Source: Octopus vulgaris (taxonomy: Eukaryota). Taken from it: a DNA stretch of 64,000 bases. Position 1 is the first letter of the stretch, and each line of letters begins with the position of its first letter. Below the pieces are notes generated by a model. That model saw nothing but the letters and a program-made list of their open reading frames with translations, did no database searches and was not told where the DNA came from. Shown here one piece after another: positions 40,989-54,436 of this stretch. The position numbers and the translations under genes are program-made. Where the stretch lies: NCBI GenBank assembly GCA_951406725.2, contig OX597822.1:105586001-105650000 (forward strand), given 5' to 3'.

Positions 40989-42199
40989 TATCAGTCATAT
41001 AATAGAGTTTCGATGGAATCTAATATAACCATTTCCTAAAGGCATTTACCATTGTGCAGGATAAAAAAGCAATCAATATTTTGCAACGACTGCAATATCC
41101 TTATACTTGCAAAATTTGCGGAGCGTTAATGTGAAAAAATAAATAACGCCTCCTGAAATGTATTTTCTCTATTCACAAGAATGCCTGATTATATTAGGAA
41201 TTAAAGTATCTTTGAATATAGCAATAAGAAAAAGTGCAGCTTGCAAAAGAGATCAGATAAACACTTGAAAATTACGATCAGTGACTGAAATAAAATCAAA
41301 GTCAAAATTATTCTTTGGATTCAATGCTGTGATCAATACTAAAACGTCTCTGAAAGATGAAATGGCTTCTGAAACACTGAAACAACTATAAAACTTTGAG
41401 ATAAATGAAAAATAATTGTCTGATGTTAATCTTAAGTATCATATTAAAAAAGGTGGAGGAAATATTGAATACCCACCCCGAGTTACTTACTTGAAAATAT
41501 TTTATGTTTCGGGTTAATATAGAAGACAAGCAGTGTAAGAATGAAAAAGATAAACTTTTGTAGAAGAAACTTTAATGGTGTTCATTAAACTTTCTTTTAA
41601 AAATTTTAATACTTTATTTATATCTCAGTTCTTTCCAGAATAATAATGCGTGATACATTATGCTCAAGGAAGATAATGTACCTACATTTCGAAGCGAAAA
41701 CTGAGCGTGTATAGTAGAGGTTCTCAGTCGGAGTGAATATGACTCCTAGGGATCTATATAAGATTTTTGGCGGTTCACGCAAGCATATTAGTAAATTGGG
41801 GACGTTCAGTAGCATACTAAAGGTCTGTGAAAAAAGATATTGATTTAGATGTTCGACCTACACATGTTTGAAAAGCAAAATAGAATTTTGAAAGAAGTAG
41901 CTATAAAAATAGTTGTAAATATTGAGAGGCTACGGGGTTTCACTAGAGTAAAATAGTCTAGAGGGTCTTACCTCAAATCTCACACTGCCGATGTAAAAGA
42001 AGAAGGAAGCTCTATCCACGATAATATATAATTCTGACTAGATTCTACTTTAAATACGGAAGAAATTATCACGTCTAAACGCTGTTGATCCTATGATTGT
42101 CCAGTTAGAAATGTCTTGGAAATAAATAAGGGCATGTATTTCTCATACCGATTGCTACGGTCTTACTCGTCACTGGACTGGTACCATAAAAGTATATAA

Positions 42200-42614
42200 G
42201 GCGTCGAGCTGGCAGAACCGTTAGCACGCCGGGCGAAATGCTTAGCGGTATTTCGTCTGCCGTTACGTTCTGAGTTCAAATTCCGCCGGAGTCGACTTTT
42301 CCTTTCATCCTTTCGGGGTCGATAAATTAAGTACCAGTTACGCACTGGGGTCGATGTAATCGACTTAATACCCATGTCTGTCCTTGTTTGTCCCCTCTGT
42401 GTTTAGCCCCTTGTGGGTAATAAAGAAATAGGTATTTCGTCTGCCGTTGCGTTCTGAGCTCAAATTCCGCCGAGGTCGACTTTGCCTTTCATCCTTTCGG
42501 GGTCGATAAATTAAGTACCAGTTACGCACTGGGGTCGATATAATCGACTTAATCCCTTTGTCTGCCCTTGTTTGTCCCCTCTGTGTTTAGCCCCTTGTGG
42601 GCAGTAAAGAAATA
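42200..42614 (+). mobile_element. SINE family A dimer with TSD
   Basis: Junction gaaata|ggtatttcg at 42430/42431; TSD GGTACCATA(A/T)AAGTATAT at 42180-42197 and 42615-42632. Confidence 0.92.
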
Positions 42615-43195
42615 GGTACCATATAAGTATATTTTCACCAACTTCAGTTACATTAGGAAGTATAGCATATATATATAATCATTATAACCTAACTTCTACC
42701 AACTTTCCTTGAGGTTATAAACTCTAATGAAATCAATATCAATTTTCAAAAGAAAAATATCTGTTACGTTAAAATGAGATCGCTTGTGGTTTGTATTTGT
42801 GTTCGGTGATTTTGTAATTCAATAACTGTTCTGCTCACTGATAATTATATCTCTTCTCTTGCGACATGGGTTTTATTCCACTTGTTGTCATATGTGTAAT
42901 TGAGTGCATATATATTGTTGTGACTATTAGAATGAATGTTCTTCGGGGGTTTCTATTTCATTCTTTATCGTTCTTAATTTTAGTCTTTTTGCCTGCAACT
43001 TATTTTTTTGTATAGACTATTATGTTGCTTTATTTGCTTCATGTACGTTCGTTTCCCTTACATTTCCACTATCTTCGTCGCAATCGCTATACGGCAAGAC
43101 AAGTAGTAACAAGGGGGTTGTAAAGTTTATGTCCAGTCGTCTCTTTTGTGAAGCTTATGTGTTATATTTTACTAGCAGTATAGCCTTATATTTTA

Positions 43196-43682
43196 CTAGC
43201 AGTATTGCCCGGCGTTGCTCGGGTTTGTAAGAGAAATAACTATATAAGCATTTTTAGAGTTATAGCCAAAAAATAGCAAAAAATGCATTAAAAATGGGAA
43301 AAAAATGATTTTTGATTTTGATTTTGATTTTTCCAGTTTCAGCTTATGAGCTGTGGCCATGCTGGGGCACCGCCATTTGCTGGGGCACCGCCATTTACAT
43401 GCTAATTTTTTTTTTAAATCGTTGACTCATAATAGACATTTTTAGAGAGTTACTTCCCTTATGTAATAGCGAAAAAATATGCATGAAAATGGAAAAAATG
43501 ATGGTAAATTTTTTTTTAAATCGTAGACTCATCGTACACGCGCGCTAATACCCAGAAGGGCTCGATATGAATCACGAATATAAGATACCCGGTTTTGGTT
43601 AAACTGCACCGCAAAATGTGGGAGTAGTTAAGAATCTAAATCGTAGGAGACAGACACACAACTTCACTTTTATATATAAAGA
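43196..43682 (-). mobile_element. Non-autonomous Helitron-like element with a nested SINE 3' fragment (~43308-43396)
   Basis: Homolog of the 34268 copy with TC..CTAG termini; insert carries ggccatgctggggcaccgcc and a (GATTTT)n tail. Confidence 0.85.
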
Positions 43683-44600
43683 TTAGTGTCATTGGTTTGT
43701 TGTAGGTTATTGTTTTATATGTAGCTACAGGCCTTGTTCTATATTCGATGCGTGTTCCATTTGAAATTGGTTGGGCTACTTTCACTTTTCGGAATATGTT
43801 GCTTTTTGTAACAAATTTTCGTAGCTTCACGAAAGTATTTGCACATTCTCATGTACATTTTTTTTTTTTCTTTTGAGTAGTGTCTTCTATTTTATAACAA
43901 ATGAACGTGAGTTTTTTTTTTTCTAATATTTGGTTGCGCAAGGGAAATGATACAGGAACTTCCATTACTTGTTACAAAGAACAAGAAGCAGCCGTTACTG
44001 ACATGCGTTGTTTCGGAAATTGAGGATTGGGCGAAGGGATAGGTGGAACAGAGTGTCACACCCTTGCCCAGAAAATGAGCGTCGCTACTAAATATATTAA
44101 TGTCAAGACTGACCTCTGGCTCGTAGAAATTTTCTAGCAAGATATGGGCGAGTGGCTATCGCTGGTGCAACTTTTAGCAATATAACTTCATGTATATAGA
44201 AGTCTGCAGGGCTCCCTTAAATCAGCAAATCTAATTCGCAATTTTGTTCTGTACTTTATGAGGGAAAGACCTTACGGCGTGCCTTTGATGAGTGAGCAGC
44301 CTAGCTACTATAGATGATGGAGCAAGGCTTTTCTATGAAGAAGAACTGGAGAAGCGAAAACGAAAAAATTGTAACAGTAGCGAATGACGGCAGGTGATGG
44401 TAGAGTGTACCATCAGTTGCAACCTTGGAAACAGCAACTTCAAGGACCTGCATGGTGATAAATTATTGCTATATTGGCAAGTACATGGTGAGAAGGTGTT
44501 CTTAAATAAAGTACCAGTCAAGTAGTGGATTAATTATGGAATCGACTAAAGCTTCTCCTCAAATTGCTGGTCTCGCGCCTAAATTATTATTATTATTATT

Positions 44601-44903
44601 GAGTGAGAGAGCAGTTCATGCCATCAAAGTGACGCTGGGGTAAGATATACGAAGCCCAGTACACCCATCATGACGACCCGTCTGATAAGGGTACACCAGG
44701 CACATGCATCACAACCATATGTGCGCGACATGGCGATCTCATATGAAGATAAACAGCACATGACCTTGCAGGTGAGGCCCAGTTAGAATAGAATATTCTT
44801 CTGATCGAGTAACCCATCCCGCTCAAAAGGTCCTTGAATAAGGGTTGTTTAAGGATGTTGAACGAAACACCTATGTTTCCAGAGGTGAATTATTCAAACT
44901 CCA
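44601..44903 (+). mobile_element. Unclassified interspersed repeat abutting (ATT)n
   Basis: Homologous, in inverse orientation, to 59761-60207. Confidence 0.8.
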
Positions 44904-44906
44904 TAG

Positions 44907-45562
<656 letters not shown>

Positions 45563-46034
45563 TGCAGATCACACTACTACAGCTAGTAGAGTGGCATTAT
45601 ATCCCATAAAATCTCCAACAAAACTTTCTTTATGATTGTCAAGAACATGCTCGAGGGAGAGAGAGGGAATAAAAAATATTTCATTGTCTCATGGAATAAT
45701 GAGCGCTACCGTAGACAAGTTTGAAGCTGGATGAGGGAGGAGTGGTGGGAAGGTGCTATTGCAGTGGGGCGGGGGCGCCAACACTGAAGCATTTTGCTGC
45801 TTTTTGCAAATTTTATTTCATCGAGCAGAAAGTAAATTTTATAAAATTCCCCTAAACATTATTAGGATAAATATGAGAATGAATGTGTAGGAGTTAAATC
45901 GAAGAAGTCCATTAATGAAATGTTAAACAGGAATGATATAAACAACGACGTTGACGATGAAGACGACGAGGATTACTACAAAAAAACCCGAGGATAACAG
46001 CGGAAACAACGACAGCAGTTACCAAAACAACCAA

Positions 46035-46328
46035 GTGTGGTTAGAGCAGCGGACTCCCGGTCGAGGGATCACGGGTTCGAATCTCAGACCTGGCGATGTA
46101 TGTGTTTATGAGTGAAACACCTAAGCTCCACGCGGCTCCGGCAGAAGGTAATGGCGAAGCTTCTGCTGACTCTTTCGCCACAACTTTCTCTCACTCTTTC
46201 CTCCTGCATCTTGCAGCTGACCTGCGACGGACCGGCGTCCAGTCCAGGTGGGGAACCTATACGCCAAGGAAACCAGGAAACCGGCCCTTATGAACCAGGC
46301 GTGGCTCGAGAAAGAACAAACAACAACA
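46035..46328 (+). mobile_element. SINE family C variant with a different 3' tail ending in (AAC)n
   Basis: 5' ~170 bp homologous to the 16317 copy, then unrelated tail. Confidence 0.8.
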
Positions 46329-46969
46329 AAACAACCAAAAGAAGAACGGTGGAAAAATCAAAAATGTCAACACCAATATGAACAACAACAAAATGCTAGA
46401 GAATATTTGTGAGACTCTGGACGAAATAAATAACGTCATCACTACCGTTATCATCATTAGCGCCATCGGCAACAACAGCAGCAGCCGTCCAAGAATTTGA
46501 ACCTGGAGATCTCCATCTCCAGCGACTTCGAGGGCCACCTCCCAATGGTGTCGGGTGTCACCGAAGAGCCCTCGACTACAACAAGACGACCAAAGTTTTT
46601 TTTTTTTTCAAAGGTCTGAGATTTCCCGCCCCTAAGTCCTAAACCATCACCTAATCACCCTTACCCGTCTTGTTGCTTAACCACAACCACCACCACTGCA
46701 ACAGCAGCAATAACAAACAGAAAGGTGCAACAGCAACACTATTGATCAGGAGCGTCAGACGAGTAGTTTGCATCATTTATTCCGGCTATTTGCATTCTAG
46801 GTCGATCCTCTCTTTAATGATCTCGGAATCCATAAAATAAAGTACCAATCAAGCACTGGGGCTGATGCAACCGACTTACCCTCGTCTTCCTAAAATTGCG
46901 ACTCTTGTGCTAAAATTTGAATCAACAATTTTTTTTCTTTGGTAGTTTAATGCAAGTTTGTACAACACC

Positions 46970-47567
46970 TATTACTTTATTACCCACAAGGGGCTAAACA
47001 CAGAGGGGACAAACAATGACAGACATAGGTATTAAGTCGATTACATCGACCCCAGTGCGTAACTGGTGCTTAATTTATCGACCCCGAAAGGATGAAAGGC
47101 AAAGTCGACCTCGGCGGAATTTGAACTCAGAACGTAGCGGCGGACGAAATACCTATTTCTTTATTACCCACAAGGGGCTAAACACAGAGGGGACAAACAA
47201 TGACAGACATAGGTATTAAGTCGATTACATCGACCCCAGTGCGTAACTGGTGCTTAATTTATCGACCCCGAAAGGATGAAAGGCAAAGTCGACCTCGGCG
47301 GAATTTGAACTCAGAACGTAGCGGCGGACGAAATACCTATTTCTTTATTACCCACAAGGGGCTAAACACAGAGCGGACAAACAAGGACAGACATAGGTAT
47401 TAAGTCGATTACATCGACCCCAGTGCGTAACTGGTGCTTAATTTATCGACCCCGAAAGGATGAAAGGCAAAGTCGACCTCGGCGGAATTTGAACTCACAA
47501 CGTAACGCAGACGAAATACCGCTAAGCATTTCACCCGGCGTGCTAACGTTTCTGCCAGCTCACCACC
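46970..47567 (-). mobile_element. SINE family A trimer
   Basis: Three near-identical units with 184-bp period plus one head. Confidence 0.93.
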
Positions 47568-47590
47568 TTATACACACACACACACACACA

Positions 47591-47805
47591 CATCAATCAG
47601 AGGACCAACAGTAGAACCAGTGACTCTGTGTTTTTTTTGCAAATGGAAAGAACAATTTGGGATTGAGTTTGATCTTCTCAATGGCCCAGGCCTCTTCAGC
47701 TCTTCGCTGACTATTGATGATAGACATCATGTTGTTTTAGAGTTTATGTTTTTTAATCTCTAGCGACGACGAGATGGCAGTCAGGTTGGTGTGTTGCTGT
47801 TGACA

Positions 47806-47806
<1 letters not shown>
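47591..47806 (-). repeat. Inverted 216-bp duplicate of the LINE 5' end (48631-48846)
   Basis: Reverse complement of 48631-48846 with 2 visible mismatches; carries the same A8 frameshift run. Confidence 0.95.
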
Positions 47807-47853
<47 letters not shown>

Positions 47854-47858
<5 letters not shown>

Positions 47859-48596
47859 TAACAATGAAGGGTGAAATTAATTAATTTGGAACAATTATCA
47901 ATTACACCAAGTAGTCTTCGGCATGTAAAAGCCTCATTCGAGGAAAATTTAAGTAATACTAAGCAATTAAGGGTTTAGCAACGAATTGCCTTACCACACA
48001 CCGAATTTAGAAATAGCAGTCAAAGAGATTATAGCTATTTCTTCTACTAAAAGGAGATCACAGTAAAGGCACAGCATTTGAAAGGCAAACACAAACAGGT
48101 AAAAGAGAATGAATTAACGGCAATCTATCATACAGTTTTAAGTCACCTACGGACGTACGTTTCGAGATCAAGTCTTAGGAAAGCATAAGAATTAGATAAC
48201 TCTACTTTACCCAGACTTCTTCTTTCATCAGCGCAGGATACAAACAATCATGAATGATTGAATATTGAATTTTGAGATACTAGAAGGCACCAACTCAACT
48301 CAGTATCAGAGCGAGCTAGAAGCCACAGCTAGTATCACCAAATTCAAAGTATGAATGAAAGCTTGTGTCACCAGTCCCTTCCCACCCGCGTGTAGCCAAG
48401 TCAAAGTGCTGTGGTCATTTACTGGGATGAATATGGTTTATGAGTAACAATGAAGGGTGAAATTAATTAATTTGGAACAATTATCAATTACACCCCCTTT
48501 TAGTGGAAGAAATAGCTATAATCTCTTTGACTGCTATTTCTAAATTCGGTGTGCGGTAAGGCAATTCGTTGCTAAACCCTTAATTGCTTAGTATTA

Positions 48597-48600
<4 letters not shown>
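47854..48600 (-). mobile_element. Penelope-like/retrozyme-type non-autonomous element with hammerhead motif, partial tandem and inverted terminus
   Basis: 55-bp direct repeat (47854-47908 = 48440-48494); ~105-bp inverted repeat (47950-48054 vs 48496-48600); hammerhead at 48146-48237; (TA)n on both sides. Confidence 0.75.
48146..48237 (-). ncRNA. Type I hammerhead ribozyme motif (canonical core)
   Basis: Minus strand CCUGCG-CUGAUGA-A-AGA-AG-AAGUCU..AGACUU-GA-UCU-C-GAAAC-GUAC-GUC-CGUAGG; 6-bp stem I, palindromic stem III ACGUACGU, GUC cleavage triplet. Confidence 0.8.
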
Positions 48601-48630
<30 letters not shown>

Positions 48631-48631
<1 letters not shown>

Positions 48632-50598
48632 TGTCAACAGCAACACACCAACCTGACTGCCATCTCGTCGTCGCTAGAGATTAAAAAACATAAACTCCAA
48701 AACAACATGATGTCTATCATCAATAGTCAGCGAAGAGCTGAAGAGGCCTGGGCCATTGAGAAGATCAAACTCAATCCCAAATTGTTCTTTCCATTTGCAA
48801 AAAAAACACAGAGTCACTGGTTCTACTGTTGGCCCTCTGATTGATGAAAATGGTACTTTTCAAGACAATGCCAAAACCATGGGAGAGATATTGCAGAAAC
48901 AATATTGCTCTGTTTTCAGCAATCCTGATATGACTGATCTGGGCTGTATCAGTGATGTTACTCCCCAATACACTTTATCGGACATAACATTTGGCGCTCC
49001 TGATGTCTTAGCAGCAATAAAGGAAATGAAGCATAATTCAGCAGTAGGTCCCGATAGGTTCCCTGCTTGTGTCTTGAAGATGTGTCAAAACCAACTTGCA
49101 CCCCCTCTAGCCAATCTGTGGCGGAACTCACTGGATGCTGGATATATACCAGAAGACCTTCTATCCCAGTCCGTTGTCCCAGTTTTCAAAAAAGGAAACA
49201 AATCGCTTGCCGTGAATTACCGTCCAATCTCACTCACCTCTCATATCATCAAGGTATTTGAGAGGGTGCTGAGATCACGTATGACTCACTTCCTTGAGAG
49301 TCATAATATGCTGAACCCCAACCAGCATGGATTCCGTAATGGGAGAGATTGCCTGACGCAGCTACTGCATCATTTTGATGACATTTTGAGAGCCTTGGGA
49401 GAAGGTTCCAACACTGATGTCATCTACCTTGATTTCAGCAAGGCCTTTGACAGGGTTGATCATAAGATCCTTCTGAGAAAGCTGTCCAATATTGGTGTCA
49501 CTGGAAAGCTGCTGCAGTGGATCAACTGCTTCCTGTCTAACAGAACCCAACATGTTGTAGTCGAAGGAGTCAAATCCAGCCCAGCCAAAGTCAGCAGTGG
49601 TGTCCCACAAGGCACTGTGTTGGGCCCACTTCTCTTCATCATCTACATAAATGATATTACTGACACCATCAAACACAGTAACATCAGAACCTTCGCTGAT
49701 GATTCCAAGCTCCAGAAGGTCATCAATGGCGTGGATGACCGAATAAACCTTCAGTCAGACCTACTGGCTGTTGTCCAATGGGCGGAAAAGAATAACATGT
49801 TGCTAAATGAAGACAAATTCGAACTGATCCACTTTGGAAGGGAGGACGCTCTGAAACACCCATACTCTCTTCCTTCTGGAGAAATTCTCATGACATCCAA
49901 CAACATCAGAGACCTGGGAGTAACAGTGGACAACAACATAAGCTGGGCTACACATATAAGCAGCAAAGTTGACATGGCCCGCAGAATGTGTTCCTGGATT
50001 CTCAGAACCTTCCAGTCGAGAGATTCCCACACTATTATCCTTCTCTTCTCCACTTTTGCCCGACCCCACCTTGAATACTGCTGTCCACTGTGGTCTCTCT
50101 ACACAAAAAAAAATATTATGAGAATTGAAGCTCCCCAAAGGTCAATCACAAAAAAGATAGATGGCATGTCAGACCTTGACTACTGGGGTAGACTTGAGAA
50201 GCTGAAATTGTCCGAATGATGTTGGCATCACCTTCAAAATGCATCTAAGGCTTGGACCACGTGCCATCCGTCCACAACAAAAATCTAAATCGCATCACAT
50301 AACGACAATACGGCACAACTATTTCACCTCAATTGGACCCGCTCTCTTCAACATTACACCAGGACACGTCAAAAAAGAAACTGACCACACAAAATTCAAG
50401 AAGTCTTTGGACAAATTCCTTCAAACAGTACCGGACAAACCACCCACACCCGGATATGTCTCCGCAAACAATAACTCTCTGCTCGAATGGGCCTTGGTGC
50501 CCAAATCCTGAACTGAAAGACTTCGCCAGGTGGTGCTATTAAGTTAGACATGTCCTGGGCCAATACTGGCCAAAACCTTTCTAAGTTATTCTAAGTTA
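48631..50598 (+). mobile_element. 5'-truncated non-LTR retrotransposon (LINE, CR1/L2 group) ORF2 with RT domain, pseudogenised
   Basis: ORF 48756-50219 has RT motifs YRPISLTSHIIKVFE, QHGFR, YLDFSKAFD, SGVPQGTVLGPLLF, FADD and the CR1/L2-type RPHLEYCCPLWS. Upstream frame ...AIEKIKLNPKLFFPFAKK joins by a +1 slip in an A8 run at 48799-48806. A deletion near 50211 shifts into the C-terminal ORF (stop ending ~50511). The 3' end is (TTCTAAGTTA)x2 followed by (TA)n. Confidence 0.93.
48756..50219 (+). pseudogene. LINE reverse transcriptase domain (partial ORF2; no endonuclease domain or true start)
   Basis: 487-aa open frame containing the RT motifs including FADD; bounded by frameshifts at both ends. 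Confidence 0.92.
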
Positions 50599-50618
50599 TA
50601 TATATATATATGTATATA

Positions 50619-50671
<53 letters not shown>

Positions 50672-52434
50672 ATACATATATGTGTGTGCGTGTGTCTGTC
50701 TTTGTAATTGAGGGAGTGTAATTATTGTTATTATTAGAAGAACAAACTTTATATAGCAAAATCAACGACGTAAATGGAACCTTTCAAAAGTATGAAATAT
50801 TTTGAAGAACAATATTTTTATTCAATCAAAATAGAACGAGAATATTTATAAACCATGGAATTTCCTAGAATCCCGATAATTATTTCTATTTCCGTTGTTG
50901 CAGCGCTAACGATTCTGAATTCGTTGCTCCGATTTCTTTTAAAATAGCGTTTCTTAATTTCATTCCAGCATTAACTGAAATTAGGCCGAATGCAATGATG
51001 GTAAAAATAAAAGAAAGGAAAATGCGTTATCTGCCTGAATATAAAAATCAGTATTATCATTTTTAATAACATTAAAAATATTGATAACATTGAAACGATT
51101 TCACATAAATTACACAAAAAAAATCTAAATGGTTGTTCTAAATGAAGTGTAATATTTCAAAGCAATGCAGCAAAATAATGATTTATTAATTAATTCAAGA
51201 ATATTATAAACATATTGAAAGAAGCTCGTCCTATCCCGATAATACAAGTGATGTTACTGAAAAGAAAGGAAATACCAACTATTGAATCATGATATGCTAC
51301 TCTTCCCGGATAATGGAAATTCCACTGCAGAATGGAATCAGAAAAGATATGATGGAGAGGCTAAATATATGGTAGGGTTGGGAAGGATTAATATCAGTAG
51401 AACTTTATCAATAAGCTACATCGCAACTCTAATATAGAATAACTTTTCCAAGAAAAAGATTCAACTTGACGTTGATACACAGAAGAATCAATACACCGTT
51501 GTAAAAATGGAATTAAATAAATATGATATAAAATGGGATTTCAGGTCCTAAAAGCAAATATAATAGAAAAAGAAAAGAACCCGAGCAAACAATGACAAAA
51601 TTTGTGTGTATACTAGGATTATATAAGGGCTTTACTAAATAGGAAGACAGCTGAATACTAAAATAATCAAGCAGGCCTCTGATTACAACTGAATCGGATA
51701 ACAATCGGATACCGCTTACTTTGTAAGACTACTCTATGTAAAGTGCATTTTCTGAAAACATTGGATTATATCGTTCAATTTTAAAATTCCGGAGCTAAAA
51801 TTATACAACAGTACAGTTGGAAATTCTAAGAGAATAAATGGGTTCAGATTATGAATACCTTTTGATAAGTACCTACCGAAATACTGTCAACGCTAGATAA
51901 TAATCTATTTGTGAAAAAATATGACAGAATTATGAGTATTTATAAATAATATTGGTTACACAGAAAAGTATTGTTATTCAGATATCCAAGTGTGTGTTTG
52001 CCGGGAGAGGGGATATGCGTTGATATTTTTGTGCATATTCTACCACAGGAGAAGATCTAAGTTTGTGATGAGTGGATCATGCTGTGCCAACAGTGGCTAT
52101 CGAGACAAATATCAATTTCGCTATTCGACATTGAACTCTCCAATGCAAAGCGAACAGCCAGATGAAATTTCAACGCACTTAACAGCAAATTTCTCATAAA
52201 CAAAAGTCACCATCTAATCCAAAGTTGCCATTTAATCCATCATTTGTTAATGGAGAAAATGTGACGTGAGAAACTACCTACCGCTAATATTGATTCAAAC
52301 ATCAAACAAGATACGTCTACATATGAGACCACATATACGTGTGTGTGTGTATGAGTGTTGTGTGTGATTTTAATGTATGTAATATGTATATATATATATA
52401 TGTGTGTAATATATATGTATATATATATATATAT

Positions 52435-53465
52435 ACATATGTGGAAAATCGGTGTGTGTTTGTGGCGTTGTTAGCTAACGCCTCCTACATCGTTTCACTG
52501 ATTTTGATGAAACGTGATACGTGAGTAGAACACATGACTGGAAACCTTGTGACATACTTAGATCGTTGAAAAAGTCGATATTACGGCCCCTGGAAGGGAA
52601 CTTTATATCTACCTTATATAGCTAATTGTTTTAAACACCCAAGGGAAATAACCCATTTCTTTCTTTATGCTCGATTACTTTGAATATTGATGTTTTGTGT
52701 CCTGTTTCTAATTTTTGCAGACAATATCACTTTTATACTTTATTTGACACGTGAGTAGAACTCATGTCTGGAAACCTCCTGACAAAAAATCGTTAATATG
52801 GCCCTTCCAATGGATCCTTCTATCTACTACATATTACTATTTAATTTAAACAACCCAAGGGAAATAACCCATACCACCTGAAGATTGTAGCGAAGCGATA
52901 AATATTTTATTCTCACGATCAACCGACCTAATTCTGCATTTTGCTACTCACAGTTTTGAACTGCTAAACATTATTATTGCACTTCAATCACGCATTTCTA
53001 TACATACATACTTTTTTGAACGCCCATTACTCCGATAATTCTGCATTTTTACAGTTACACTTTTTCCATGACAGCAGATAATTTTTTTATTCTACAACGT
53101 ATTTGTAGTGGCTTCATGCAGGCTTAGCGTGGATTCGATTCTGGTTTACCAAATTTCACTCAACACTCCAACTGTGCTTTTCTCACGGTAAAACAAAAAT
53201 TTTTCTGTGAATGACAGCAGTTATACATTTCCCAGATGCCTTTCTCTTAGCTGAATAATCTCTTTGCCTCTCACCAACCCCCGACAACTTCTCTCACCAG
53301 CTTCCGACAATCTCTCCCTTCTCCAGTTGACAGTATTTTGTACTTTTGCTTGAGGGAAAATACACCTTTTGTGGCAGTTATAATGAAATTGCTTTCTTAT
53401 ATCAGAGTAATAAATGTTTCAATAGAACATCTTTACCCCCGGGAATTACCGGGTACACCAGCTAG
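52435..53465 (+). mobile_element. Probable older Helitron-like element with an internal ~230-bp-spaced duplication
   Basis: 3' hairpin CCCGG-GAATTA-CCGGG then CTAG at 53462-53465; 52519-52655 resembles 52749-52872; 5' boundary approximate. Confidence 0.55.
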
Positions 53466-53835
53466 AGTATACATATATGTATATATATAAATTTTATTAC
53501 GGAGCTCCGGCAATATATGAAATAATCGTCATAGATTAACACACATTCTCTAGGTGCGTTTATAAAGATTCTGCCAAGATCTCTACCAATTTTACAAAAT
53601 CCTACAAGCAATTGTTCTTCAGTTACGCTCCTTCACTTAATGGCACTCTCGATCGAAACAAACCACATTCTCTTTCAACACCACTTGAAACAACAAACGC
53701 ACGCAATAGAAGTCATCAAAACCTCATAGCGCATTTTACGCGAACAGTCTCTTTCCGTCACAGATTACTGTATACAATGGTTATATACGAAAGTTTTCCA
53801 CCAGTGTCGCTCCCCCCATCTCTCTCGCTCTCTCT

Positions 53836-53893
<58 letters not shown>

Positions 53894-54003
53894 CACTGTA
53901 TTTCATCTAATATAGAGTTTCATGCATGAACATATCTCTAGTCCATTTGTAAATATAGCGGACAGATATATGCTAACGAATGCGCTGCTATTAAACAAAC
54001 TTA

Positions 54004-54144
54004 TTCTGTTGTGTCTGGGGAGAGTCATTTTCATTTTGTGCCTTATAATGTAATACACTCACCGGTAAAATTTAAAATTTTAACGGTGAGTGTGTTACAT
54101 TATAAGGGACAAAAAGAAAATGACTCTCCCCAGACACAACAGAA
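54004..54144. repeat. 141-bp near-perfect palindrome (foldback/MITE-like)
   Basis: ~69-bp arms with 4 mismatches and essentially no spacer. Confidence 0.95.
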
Positions 54145-54436
54145 AATGCTTCAACACACGAATTCATATAAAGAATCTTGCAAACCAAATCCAAACACGA
54201 AATATAAACAAACTTAAGTACCCAGAAATATAATTTACAATTTATATGATAACACCTCCATACATGATACAACCATAGTGTATGTGGAAGAGAATTCTTA
54301 TAGGAACACTGTTGGAAGCGAACGCTAAATGTCATCCTTAGGAATCAGTTACGTCAAAAACTAGTCTGTTCAGCTTACTTTGGAATATTTACTTAGACGC
54401 AATGAAAGCATATATGGAAATATATGAGTTAATATA

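Noticed and set aside
43990-44500. GC-richer unique stretch as exon or TE coding relic
   Set aside because: No sustained open frame or recognisable motif on either strand.
46970-47567. Tandem array as CRISPR
   Set aside because: Units are 184-bp whole-SINE bodies with no unique spacers; eukaryotic context with no cas genes.
47016-47614. Recurrent peptide RPRKDERQSRPRRNLNSER and YDRLLSVSVYQIHSQG-type ORFs
   Set aside because: Incidental translations of SINE families A and B.
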